Below, in pieces: positions 10,340-19,110 of a stretch of DNA of 64,000 nt. The notes under the pieces were generated by a model. The model was not told where the DNA came from. It made no database searches and saw only the letters and a program-made list of their open reading frames with translations. Source of the stretch: Paramoeba atlantica. Its lineage: Eukaryota; Protista; Discosea. Location: assembly GCA_977017575.1 (NCBI GenBank), contig CDRNVI010000069.1, forward strand, positions 372,001-436,000. The letters are read 5' to 3'. Numbering within the stretch: the stretch's first letter is position 1; the number at the start of each line of letters is the position of its first letter. A program made the translations under genes and the position numbers.

Positions 10340-13300
10340 TTTTTCATATGAATACGATCTCCATGCGAAGCGATCGAAACATGTTAGAACCCAATAAGTA
10401 AAACCTATAAATTTACGATTTTGTATGTTGGAGATAATACCTCCTTACACTAAATGGTAAGATTTTCTTGACAAAGAAACTCGCGAAATGCAAAAGTTTT
10501 TGTTGAATTATAACGTTATAACGCTTTAGAACGTTGTTGTTTCTGAATTTAAAAGAGATACCTATTTACATTCAGAAATATTTAAATTCGTAAACAGGTA
10601 CATTCATCAAATTTAGCATTTCAGAAACACCAACAAAACAAAATCGTTGATTTTTTACATATAAAAAATCCTTTTATGAATAAAATATCTTTTTCATATG
10701 AATACGATCTCCATGCGAAGCGATCGAAACATGTTAGAACCCAATAAGTAAAACCTATAAATTTACGATTTTGTATGTTGGAGATAATACCTCCTTACAC
10801 TAAATGGTAAGATTTTCTTGACAAAGAAACTCGCGAAATGCAAAAGTTTTTGTTGAATTATAACGTTATAACGCTTTAGAACGTTGTTGTTTCTGAATTT
10901 AAAAGAGATACATGGCCATGCCTGTCGCTCTCGTTCCCATGGCGTGAGGGTTCATCTGCTATGTTTTTCTCGGAGCAAATCCAACGGACCTCCTTGAGAT
11001 AACCAGGTAGGAAAAACACCTGGTATAACCGGCGTAGCCACTCCATAATTAGCGGGGGTCCTGCCTTCCATTTGGACAGCCATGCCACAACGTTCTTATT
11101 ATCTGATATCAGTGTACAAGCCTTGATTTTTCTTTCCTTTACCAGTTTTAAGCCCATCTCTGCTGCGAATAGCTCCTTATATGCAATAGGCTTATCTCTG
11201 AGCCAGGCCGCAAAATTTCCAGAGCGATACTGAAGACTGCCGCCCTGCAGCCATGCTAGTCCCCACCCCTTCTCGGAAGCATCACAATACAATTCAAAGG
11301 CACTGGTTTCTCCCCTCTCCAATTTTCTAGGGGTGTTTGCCTCCACTCTATCGATTAGCGCAATAAGGCTCGAGATGAATTTCTGGGACATCTGGCATGG
11401 TAAATCCCATAAGACTGGCTTAGCTGCCAATCTGCGTGCTCTCCCCTTCAGCCAATACATCACAGTTGGAAATTCGCATTGAGTAATACCTAACACTCTA
11501 GTTGCCCAGAACAGAGTCCCCAACACTTTCCAGATTAGACGGTGCGTCGGCAAGCGATGCTGTTGCGCTAGTAACTTGAATGCCTCGCGTAAGTGTTTTA
11601 ATTTATCAATAAACTGAACCGGCAGTGAGAGTTTCTTTTCCTCTAGATTTACCTCAATGCCTAATACCGTGCCCTTACTGGTGGGCTTCGTGGTGACCGC
11701 AATTTCGGCGCCAACCTGCTTCGCACGTTGCAAAGTTTGGCTCAGGTCATCCTCTACACCCTCCTGGCTGGTTCCAAAGCGGTAACAATTGTCGATAAAA
11801 GTCAGTGGATGTGAATTACTAACCGGAAGGTTGTGGATCAAGCTTGTAGCCGCATGACCAATTTTTACCGAAGAATGCCATCCCATGGGCAATGTGGCCC
11901 AACCATATGTCCTTCCCTTAATGCGAACGGCCAAGTAGGGCAGAACATCTTCTGGAAGCCCAAACTGATGGTACCAATTTCTTCCATCCGTCTCCCCGAA
12001 GAATTTGTTTTCCAGGACCGCCTTTTCAATATCCTGCAAGCTCGCTAACGTTAAAGGGCCTGGGACTATAGATTGTATCTCGTTGAGAGGAATCGCATTC
12101 AAGATCACACGCATGGTTTTCTTCTTCGGCTTGGGAATCAAAAATGCTGTCATCCATATTTTTGCGGTTCTCCGTGGGATTCTCTTTATTACCCCGGACC
12201 TCACCATCTCCTCCACGAAAGGTTCCAGCCTCTTCGATTCACCGCGATAACGAGGATCGTAATCCTTCCTCAACAAGCCCTTAAACTTATTCGCGTCCTG
12301 CACGAAACCGAATATTTTCTTTTCTTCTCTCACATCGCTTCCAGTTTTCAGTAGAAGTAGTTCTTCTACATTTACCCGTTTTACATCAATCGGATCGATT
12401 GGCCAGTTCTCTTTTCTGGGATGGTTTCTCTCTCCAAAATACGTCCTGCGCATAAAACTCGTATAGGTATAGGATACAAAATCACAGAGTATCCTCCAAG
12501 GAGAGGTGCCGGCACCGACAGGTGCGGCGACGCCAGCTCGCCCGTGGTGCTGAGCCGCGTTTAATGAGGACTCTTCCTGAGCCCTATTCCCATACCCGCG
12601 TGGCATGAGTAATCGCCCGGGTTCCTTCCCGGCGCCCTGAATCATGTCGTCCGATTTACCTTGTTTGGTATCCTCCATGTGGGACTTTTTCTTCCCCACA
12701 ATATTTCTGCGTCTCAGGGGTCTTTTCTTCCCTTCTTTTGTCGCTTCCACGCCTATTCTCGTGCGATGGGAAACATTCTCACCTAAACTCTTAAATTTCT
12801 TGGGAAAATCATCCTTACCTGGGTAAATAGATAGACTGGTCTCATCATGTCCTTTACCAGTACAATCTCCCGGAAATGTTTCACTAGGTGATTTTCCAGA
12901 ATCGTCTCGAACAGAAACTCTAATAAGGCCCGTTCCATAATTTCCTTGGCTCGGTATGTGTCGAGAACGCCTACCTTGAATCCCTTTCCTACTGGAGCTG
13001 TTTCCTTTTGAGGGCTGAGTCTTACGCGAAAGCGGAGGCCGGACTTTAAGGTTATGCGACCCCGGTACGGTTTCTCTTTCCGAGGCGAGCTTCGTGCATT
13101 TTCTTTCGTAGAAAAGGGCCCGCGGGAGAGTTTGATCTTTCTCGAGGCGCCTTAATTCCATGTTTCCCCTTTTATACCCCCTTGGACGTGGATTTTCCTT
13201 CGCATATCTCCTTCGCACTCGAGCGCGCCGGCGGTTCTTCCCATCTCTCCTCGCGATGACGTTAGCTTCGTGAAACCTCATCATTTCACGCTGAGCCTGA

Positions 13301-14008
13301 AGATATTTCCCCTCGAGGGTATCAGCTCTAAGAGCCTCCTTCCAGTAGTCGCCAAATTTCCGACCCATTCTGTGTTTTATTCGCAAATAATGTATCACCT
13401 CCATAGATGGTTCAATCGAACGCATCGTGATAAACAAACCCGCCCTCGCACGAGAACAGCAATCAGCTAGGTGAGCTGCAATGGTATCAAGCGCCAGATC
13501 TAGACTTACGATATCTCTCGATACTGATGAGGGATCTGCAGAGTGCCCGAAACACTTTCGCACCTCGTGCCTAAGCTTTCCAATAAGATTTTTCCTATAA
13601 AGATCACTGCAAAAATGTTCGAACTTCCAATCTTGCGGCTTGAGGAGGATATCGGTCGACAGGTCGTGACAACTAGGGTCATAACTTCCGAATAATTTTT
13701 TCGGTGAGCTCACCCTTGAAACTCGCAATCCAACTCCTGAGATTTCTCCTTCACCATTAGTGTAGCACGCCATGGGCACGGGGGCTGACCCTCGGACGGT
13801 TCGATGAAAAGACGGTACTCTAGGAGTTTCGAGAACAGGACGATGTGTTGTTGTTTCTGAATTTAAAAGAGATACCTATTTACATTCAGAAATATTTAAA
13901 TTCGTAAACAGGTACATTCATCAAATTTAGCATTTCAGAAACACCAACAAAACAAAATCGTTGATTTTTTACATATAAAAAATCCTTTTATGAATAAAAT
14001 ATCTTTTT
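10340..14008 (-). mobile_element. YR-superfamily retrotransposon YR3 (about 3.66 kb), inserted in the 3' A-run of I-b
   Basis: Split direct repeats A1 13847-14007 = A2 10533-10693 and B1 10695-10911 = B2 10345-10561. Both ends lie in a T-run that is uninterrupted in the sibling copy at 34737-34751. Confidence 0.88.
10876..13779 (-). CDS. YR3 single ORF: Gag-like N-terminus, basic linker, RT, RNase H
   Basis: FLIPKPKKKTMRVILN, ETDGRNWYHQF, LPMGWHSS, LTFIDN; LYCDASEKGWG, IAYKELFA, ISDNKNV, NIADEPSR. Confidence 0.88.
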   Translation of the reverse strand: MPMACYTNGEGEISGVGLRVSRVSSPKKLFGSYDPSCHDLSTDILLKPQDWKFEHFCSDLYRKNLIGKLRHEVRKCFGHSADPSSVSRDIVSLDLALDTIAAHLADCCSRARAGLFITMRSIEPSMEVIHYLRIKHRMGRKFGDYWKEALRADTLEGKYLQAQREMMRFHEANVIARRDGKNRRRARVRRRYAKENPRPRGYKRGNMELRRLEKDQTLPRALFYERKCTKLASERETVPGSHNLKVRPPLSRKTQPSKGNSSSRKGIQGRRSRHIPSQGNYGTGLIRVSVRDDSGKSPSETFPGDCTGKGHDETSLSIYPGKDDFPKKFKSLGENVSHRTRIGVEATKEGKKRPLRRRNIVGKKKSHMEDTKQGKSDDMIQGAGKEPGRLLMPRGYGNRAQEESSLNAAQHHGRAGVAAPVGAGTSPWRILCDFVSYTYTSFMRRTYFGERNHPRKENWPIDPIDVKRVNVEELLLLKTGSDVREEKKIFGFVQDANKFKGLLRKDYDPRYRGESKRLEPFVEEMVRSGVIKRIPRRTAKIWMTAFLIPKPKKKTMRVILNAIPLNEIQSIVPGPLTLASLQDIEKAVLENKFFGETDGRNWYHQFGLPEDVLPYLAVRIKGRTYGWATLPMGWHSSVKIGHAATSLIHNLPVSNSHPLTFIDNCYRFGTSQEGVEDDLSQTLQRAKQVGAEIAVTTKPTSKGTVLGIEVNLEEKKLSLPVQFIDKLKHLREAFKLLAQQHRLPTHRLIWKVLGTLFWATRVLGITQCEFPTVMYWLKGRARRLAAKPVLWDLPCQMSQKFISSLIALIDRVEANTPRKLERGETSAFELYCDASEKGWGLAWLQGGSLQYRSGNFAAWLRDKPIAYKELFAAEMGLKLVKERKIKACTLISDNKNVVAWLSKWKAGPPLIMEWLRRLYQVFFLPGYLKEVRWICSEKNIADEPSRHGNESDRHGHVSLLNSETTTF

Positions 14009-14015
14009 TTTTTTT

Positions 14016-17000
14016 ATTCTATTAGAATTTCCCTGAGTTGGTGATCTCAGGCTACTATTGAAAAGGGAATGTTATGGTCTTTCGGTTTTATATAACAATA
14101 TCTTCATATAGTCGAACGTGTACGAGCTGCCGTCATATGTTAAGAATTTGGGTTTTCTCAAATACCCGTAAATTTAGATTACAAATTTTACTTTAAAGAG
14201 ACTTTAAATATATCTTATAGGCGCAATTCACTCATCCACTTCTCTGCTGGAATGTAGTCTCGGAGCTGCGACACTACCGTGTACGCTGACATTTTTTCGA
14301 TTTCGAGCTGGAAAGCATTGCGCACGCTTTCATATTTAAGTTTCGCTCTTTGTGAGAGAGCCTTCAACAAAGCCTTAGTATCGTCATGTAGAAGGCCGCA
14401 ATCTGTTGCAGCCAGACACTTAAACGAATCGCTATCGACACCCTTCTCAGTAACGTATTTCTTATATTTTCTGTCGGAGACCTGCTGCATAAGGGCAGAG
14501 CTGGTGTGTTTTGCGTAGCTTGAGCAGCACGTATGTACTATTGTGAAGTCGTAGAGTACCTCACCCATGTGAGGCCACATGATGGCCAGATCTGGACCTG
14601 AACGAATACGGCGTGCTTTGCAAGGATGTTGCGCGGCGACATCTGCTGAGATAGTGCACTTACATTTAGTGCAATGATACGAGGAGTAGATGCGGGGTTC
14701 GATCACGCTAGGAAGGCCTGCTTTTGAGCACAACTCTGAGAGATACCGGACGATATGTGAATGTTTGCGTGTGGAGTTCATCCCGGAGCATCGGGAGCAT
14801 CCAGCAACGTGGGGAATAATGGTGGAGGGTGATTCTTGATTAGAACAGCCGGGGCATGTTACTTTGGCCGGTGCCTTAGGCAAGCCAATTCCTAAGCGCA
14901 TCATGAGCGTATATCGGAATAGGTATGGGTTAACGTAGTTGCTGGTGTTTTCGAGGTGGATATTAGCCTCTTTAGTGCGTTTTATGATGTTCGCTGCGGT
15001 GGAGTCTTTCTGTATTTCTGTCAATTGTTTTTCGTGAGCTTGACTCATGATCTTCTTAAGCGATTTGCGGGCCTTTTCTGCGCGGCTCTGAATTTTAGCT
15101 TTGCTCTTGTCATTGCCTTGCGAATCTACCGGAGCTTTATTGGGTTCCAAGTGCTCTTCAATAGATTCTCGGGCTGCTGCGAAGTAGTGCTGCTGTTTCA
15201 GAGTGCAAGAAGTCAGTCCTAATCCACCTAATTTTTGCGGGAGAGCTGCGAGCTTAAGTGCCTGGGCGTCCGCGCCGCACCATTTCTGCAAGACTTCGTG
15301 TACGTGGCTTTCAAAAGAATGTGCCAGACGCCGAGTGGCCTCCGGGCGGTGAACTCTCAGATGATAGTCTTGACGTGGAATTGTACATCGGCGAAGAATC
15401 GCGAGAGAAAGGTTACTGGGGCCCATGAGAAGTAAACGGCGGAAAAGGCATTTATGCTTACTGAGTTTGCGCAGGAGAAGATCCTCTACCACATTATCTT
15501 TCCCGATATAGGCTCCCAGAATCTTGATCGAATCAGTGCAAAGCTTGACGCCTAGATTATGCAAAGAGAACGGTTCGTATGTGGTATTTTTCTGGAAAAA
15601 TTCGCATTTCTGAAAGTTGACGCGTAGATTGAGCTCGCCTGTGATTTCACGTAAGTGCAGGAACGCAGCTTCGAGTGACGGTACGTTTGTAGAGCTGAGA
15701 GTCACATCGTCTTGATATGCTCGTATTTTGACGTCGGGGTATAAGCTTGCGATCTCGCGAATGGGACCGTGTAAAAGTGCACAGAAGTACATGGAGGATA
15801 ATGATGAGCCTTGTCGAATTCCTGACGAACTTTCGATGGTCGCGAAAAGAGCGTTGTGTGCGAAAAACAAAAGTTCGGATGAGAGGCCGTATTCAAGGTA
15901 AAACAGTCGCATAAAAGGTTTGAACACAGGATTCTCTAGTAGTGCTTGTGTTATGGCGTCGCGTCGTGGAGTGTTGTATGCGTTCGTGAAATCTACCGTA
16001 ATCAATGCGCATCCATCCTCGTATTCTTGTAGTAGCTCATGCACTATTGATTCACATGCGCTCTTGTGGAGAACACCCCGCTGCATAGGCGAAAAGTATT
16101 TTCGTAGTGCACATTCATGTCGCTCGAGTAAAATGGATCCGCAGATTTTTAGGATCGTCTCCCCCATGGCGACTGGCCGTATACCGTTTTGTGGCTTCGG
16201 AAGAGCAATAATTCGGCAACGAGTGAGACGCTTCCGCACGCTTACAGGCACGTCGCCATTGATAACGTCGCGAATCATATGGCATAATGAAAGGCATGCT
16301 TCTTCATCTTCAACAAGCAAACGCATCATGCTCTCACTAAGCCCGCTTGGTCCCGGAGATGCCCCTCGCGCAAGTTTTTCGACTGCAAGGCGGAGTTCTG
16401 ATTTATCTACAACGCCGATCCGTGGAAAGTCAGCTTCCGGAATTTCAATACTAGGCCCCTCGGGATGCAAATCGCGAAGTTTCTGTAATTTTTCATGCGC
16501 TGTAAGATTGGAGACCTTGTAAACGTTGTCGAGAATTCGAGTGGCTTTCCCGATGTTTCCAGCTCGAGCGGTCGTTAAAGCATTCTTGATCGAGCGACGG
16601 TCGACGCCAAGTTCTTCCCTTTGTTCTATGCTGAGTGTTTCGTTTTTCGATGGATCCGCTTGTTTGTTTATGTGTCCGACTCGTTGATTTTGCCGAGAAA
16701 GTTGACGAATAGTAGCGAGCGAGTCTCTTGGTGCGTTCAAAAATTTATCCCAGATAGCTGTTTTCTCAGAGTCAAGTTCTACCGATGGATACCCACGAAG
16801 TATGGCTCGGAAGATGGCGACTACATGGATTGAAAAAGATGAATCAATGGGTACCATCGTGGGCAGCGGCTCGAGATCACTTTGACCATTTTCATCGCTA
16901 GACACGTTGTCGGCGTGTTCTTCTAAATTCCGCGTAATTGTTTCGACTTTGATCAGTTTCGTGGCTCGTATCGAACAGATTCTGATCCTGTTTGTGTGTG

Positions 17001-17780
17001 GAAGATAAAGAAAGCCACTGGGACCTTTGCTGCCTTGAGCTGGATTGTAAGAGATTTTGACTTTGACCATTCCTTTTCGTGAGGTCCTACCTACGACGAT
17101 GCCTTTCGACGTGTAATTTACCGTGTCTTGTCGGAAGCCCCACTCGATAACACATTCCGTGCCTTTGCCCCACTTTGCTACCATGTTGTGCACATGATCC
17201 GGTGCTTTGGAAAGAGCACTTCTGTTTGCCAGATCTGCTATGACCTCGTTATCGCTGTCAAGAGACATATCTTCGCTCTCGTCTTCGTAATGTTCCTCAT
17301 CCGAGTCAATATCCGGTGTTGTCTCTTGTTGTGGTTCTTGACGTGGCTGTTCGTCGAAAGATGTCAATCGAAAGGTCTTAGGCGTGATTTTGATTTTGAT
17401 TTTGTCGCTGTGCGCACTGTTCTGTTCGCCGTGATCAGCCCAGTCTTTTGGCAGAGGTGTAGATCCGACGATTCGAATTCTTGGGGTTTTCTTTGGTTTG
17501 GACAGTTCATGCGTAATTCGGCCATCTCCTGTGGTGAGATCGGGTAAGTCTGACGCCGTGTGATTTCCGGAGCGTTCCTTCATTCCCTCTTTCCGCGAAA
17601 CTTGTAGAATCTTGATCATTGAGCCGTCTGAGGAAACCGTTGTTGTGCTCTTCTTTTCTTTGCCACGCTTTCCTTTTTCACGTGATTTCTCTGTTGTACG
17701 ACTTGTCTTCAGGTCTGAATTTTTGCTCACGACTGAGCGGGAAGGGCGTGTCATAACGATTGAGATAATAAGAAAATAAA
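14016..17780 (-). mobile_element. Non-LTR RLE element I-b (CRE/SLACS-like); its SL cap lies at 31748-31764 and its 3' tail at 10288-10334
   Basis: The whole unit 10288-31764 is flanked by the 8-bp duplication ACTACATC (10280-10287, 31765-31772). Confidence 0.88.
14215..17754 (-). CDS. I-b polyprotein, 1179 aa, intact: beta-barrel module, RT, Zn knuckle, RLE
   Basis: GASPGPSG, RPVAMGE, TVDFTNAYN, GIRQGSSLSSMYFC, AYQDD, LPQKLGGLGL, CPGC...H..GC..C, RSGPDLAIMW...YDFTIVH. Confidence 0.92.
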   Translation of the reverse strand: MTRPSRSVVSKNSDLKTSRTTEKSREKGKRGKEKKSTTTVSSDGSMIKILQVSRKEGMKERSGNHTASDLPDLTTGDGRITHELSKPKKTPRIRIVGSTPLPKDWADHGEQNSAHSDKIKIKITPKTFRLTSFDEQPRQEPQQETTPDIDSDEEHYEDESEDMSLDSDNEVIADLANRSALSKAPDHVHNMVAKWGKGTECVIEWGFRQDTVNYTSKGIVVGRTSRKGMVKVKISYNPAQGSKGPSGFLYLPHTNRIRICSIRATKLIKVETITRNLEEHADNVSSDENGQSDLEPLPTMVPIDSSFSIHVVAIFRAILRGYPSVELDSEKTAIWDKFLNAPRDSLATIRQLSRQNQRVGHINKQADPSKNETLSIEQREELGVDRRSIKNALTTARAGNIGKATRILDNVYKVSNLTAHEKLQKLRDLHPEGPSIEIPEADFPRIGVVDKSELRLAVEKLARGASPGPSGLSESMMRLLVEDEEACLSLCHMIRDVINGDVPVSVRKRLTRCRIIALPKPQNGIRPVAMGETILKICGSILLERHECALRKYFSPMQRGVLHKSACESIVHELLQEYEDGCALITVDFTNAYNTPRRDAITQALLENPVFKPFMRLFYLEYGLSSELLFFAHNALFATIESSSGIRQGSSLSSMYFCALLHGPIREIASLYPDVKIRAYQDDVTLSSTNVPSLEAAFLHLREITGELNLRVNFQKCEFFQKNTTYEPFSLHNLGVKLCTDSIKILGAYIGKDNVVEDLLLRKLSKHKCLFRRLLLMGPSNLSLAILRRCTIPRQDYHLRVHRPEATRRLAHSFESHVHEVLQKWCGADAQALKLAALPQKLGGLGLTSCTLKQQHYFAAARESIEEHLEPNKAPVDSQGNDKSKAKIQSRAEKARKSLKKIMSQAHEKQLTEIQKDSTAANIIKRTKEANIHLENTSNYVNPYLFRYTLMMRLGIGLPKAPAKVTCPGCSNQESPSTIIPHVAGCSRCSGMNSTRKHSHIVRYLSELCSKAGLPSVIEPRIYSSYHCTKCKCTISADVAAQHPCKARRIRSGPDLAIMWPHMGEVLYDFTIVHTCCSSYAKHTSSALMQQVSDRKYKKYVTEKGVDSDSFKCLAATDCGLLHDDTKALLKALSQRAKLKYESVRNAFQLEIEKMSAYTVVSQLRDYIPAEKWMSELRL

Positions 17781-17889
17781 TCTTGAAGTTTACGGATAGA
17801 ATTTGACGAGAAATATATTTTCGAAGTGATATGGATAGGATGCCCCGCCGGGGGGCATTGTACCTGTTTTTGTTTTAAACAATAAAATT

Positions 17890-19110
17890 GTGTTAATACT
17901 GATATACAAATATCCCGTAGTACGATATTCGAATATTTATAATTCAATTACTCAGGTTTACTGTTCTCGACAAAAGTTTCTCGACAAAATGACCGTAATC
18001 GACATTCCTTTGACAGCCCGACGGTCATCACGCAGTGCTTCTCCGGCCTCTGAGCCGCTCGTGCCTACCGAGCCGCTTAGTCAGCAGGAGTTAAGTTTGG
18101 TTTGTACAGTGGCAAGGGAGAAATTGTTGTTCAAAAAATCGGTACAAGTGCGTGCGATCTTTCGACGGAAAGATGATTTAAATGGTGGTCGACAGACTGT
18201 GATGGGAAAGTTGCGAAAGGATGGCCTGGATTTATGGGCGGTGTGGGAGGACAAACCGTCCAAGGAGTACCAGTTTCCTCATCCGGATTTGGATTATTAT
18301 GAGCTCAACATTATCGAAGATCGAGAACTACCACCCGCTCTTATTGAGAACTCTTCGCAATTACTCACCGATGAAACGCATCAGCTGGGCTCACGTAATG
18401 AGGCTGCCGGCATGCAAGAGGTAATTGGGGGGAGAACTGGTGCCGCACCAATTTCAGAGGCTTTACGGGAAGGCAGATTACTCGACCCGAATGCATTGAA
18501 CGCCTACGAACCTTTGACTTACGAGCCTTGGATTAATGCGGCGGATGACGATGGTTTTCGCACTAGGGACCTGATTCGCGAGCTTCGGGATGCGCCTGAG
18601 TTTGGTTTACGCGTTAATCAGTTTTATCATGATCGCACGTTTATTAAGCAGCAAGAGCGTTTGTTTAATTCTGTATTTTGCAAGTGGATTATTTTTGCGC
18701 GTTTGATACCCAACTGGAATGAAGGTGTGTACCTCGAAATGGGACGTGGGATTGTGCAGACACTTCGTGACGCGTACTGGCGAGCACGCCGCATAGATGT
18801 GGACTTGGTCCATCAAAAAATGGAGAAGGATATCCGTCCGGACGGCAAGTTTTATCATCACGTGAATGATCAATTGGTTGAGCGACAGAAGCAATATGCA
18901 CGTGTTCAGTCTTTCTCTGCTCCACCATCTATGCAAGTTTCGCGTCCCAATCAGTTCCCACCGCGACATGATGCATATCCTCCACGACGAAATTTATTAT
19001 GCTTTGGATGTCGGTCGCCTGATCACATTTGGCGAAACTGCCCGAAGCGATTCCAGCAGGATTTTCGAGGACGGGTGGCTGGCCCTGCCCACAGCAGCAA
19101 GAGTTTCTGA
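17890..19110 (+). CDS. YR2 Gag-like protein, copy 1 (probable ATG 17989), CCHC knuckle CFGCRSPDHIWRNC
   Basis: Homology to YR0 and YR1 Gag; knuckle motif. Confidence 0.88.
   Translation: MLILIYKYPVVRYSNIYNSITQVYCSRQKFLDKMTVIDIPLTARRSSRSASPASEPLVPTEPLSQQELSLVCTVAREKLLFKKSVQVRAIFRRKDDLNGGRQTVMGKLRKDGLDLWAVWEDKPSKEYQFPHPDLDYYELNIIEDRELPPALIENSSQLLTDETHQLGSRNEAAGMQEVIGGRTGAAPISEALREGRLLDPNALNAYEPLTYEPWINAADDDGFRTRDLIRELRDAPEFGLRVNQFYHDRTFIKQQERLFNSVFCKWIIFARLIPNWNEGVYLEMGRGIVQTLRDAYWRARRIDVDLVHQKMEKDIRPDGKFYHHVNDQLVERQKQYARVQSFSAPPSMQVSRPNQFPPRHDAYPPRRNLLCFGCRSPDHIWRNCPKRFQQDFRGRVAGPAHSSKSF

Noticed and set aside
10876-13779. Stop-codon reassignment explaining the broken YR frame
   Set aside because: The intact ORFs terminate at standard stops where homologues end, and the YR3 relic also changes frame.
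14215-17754. Group II intron or retron RT
   Set aside because: C-terminal Zn knuckle plus RLE motif, A-tails and target duplications indicate a non-LTR retrotransposon.
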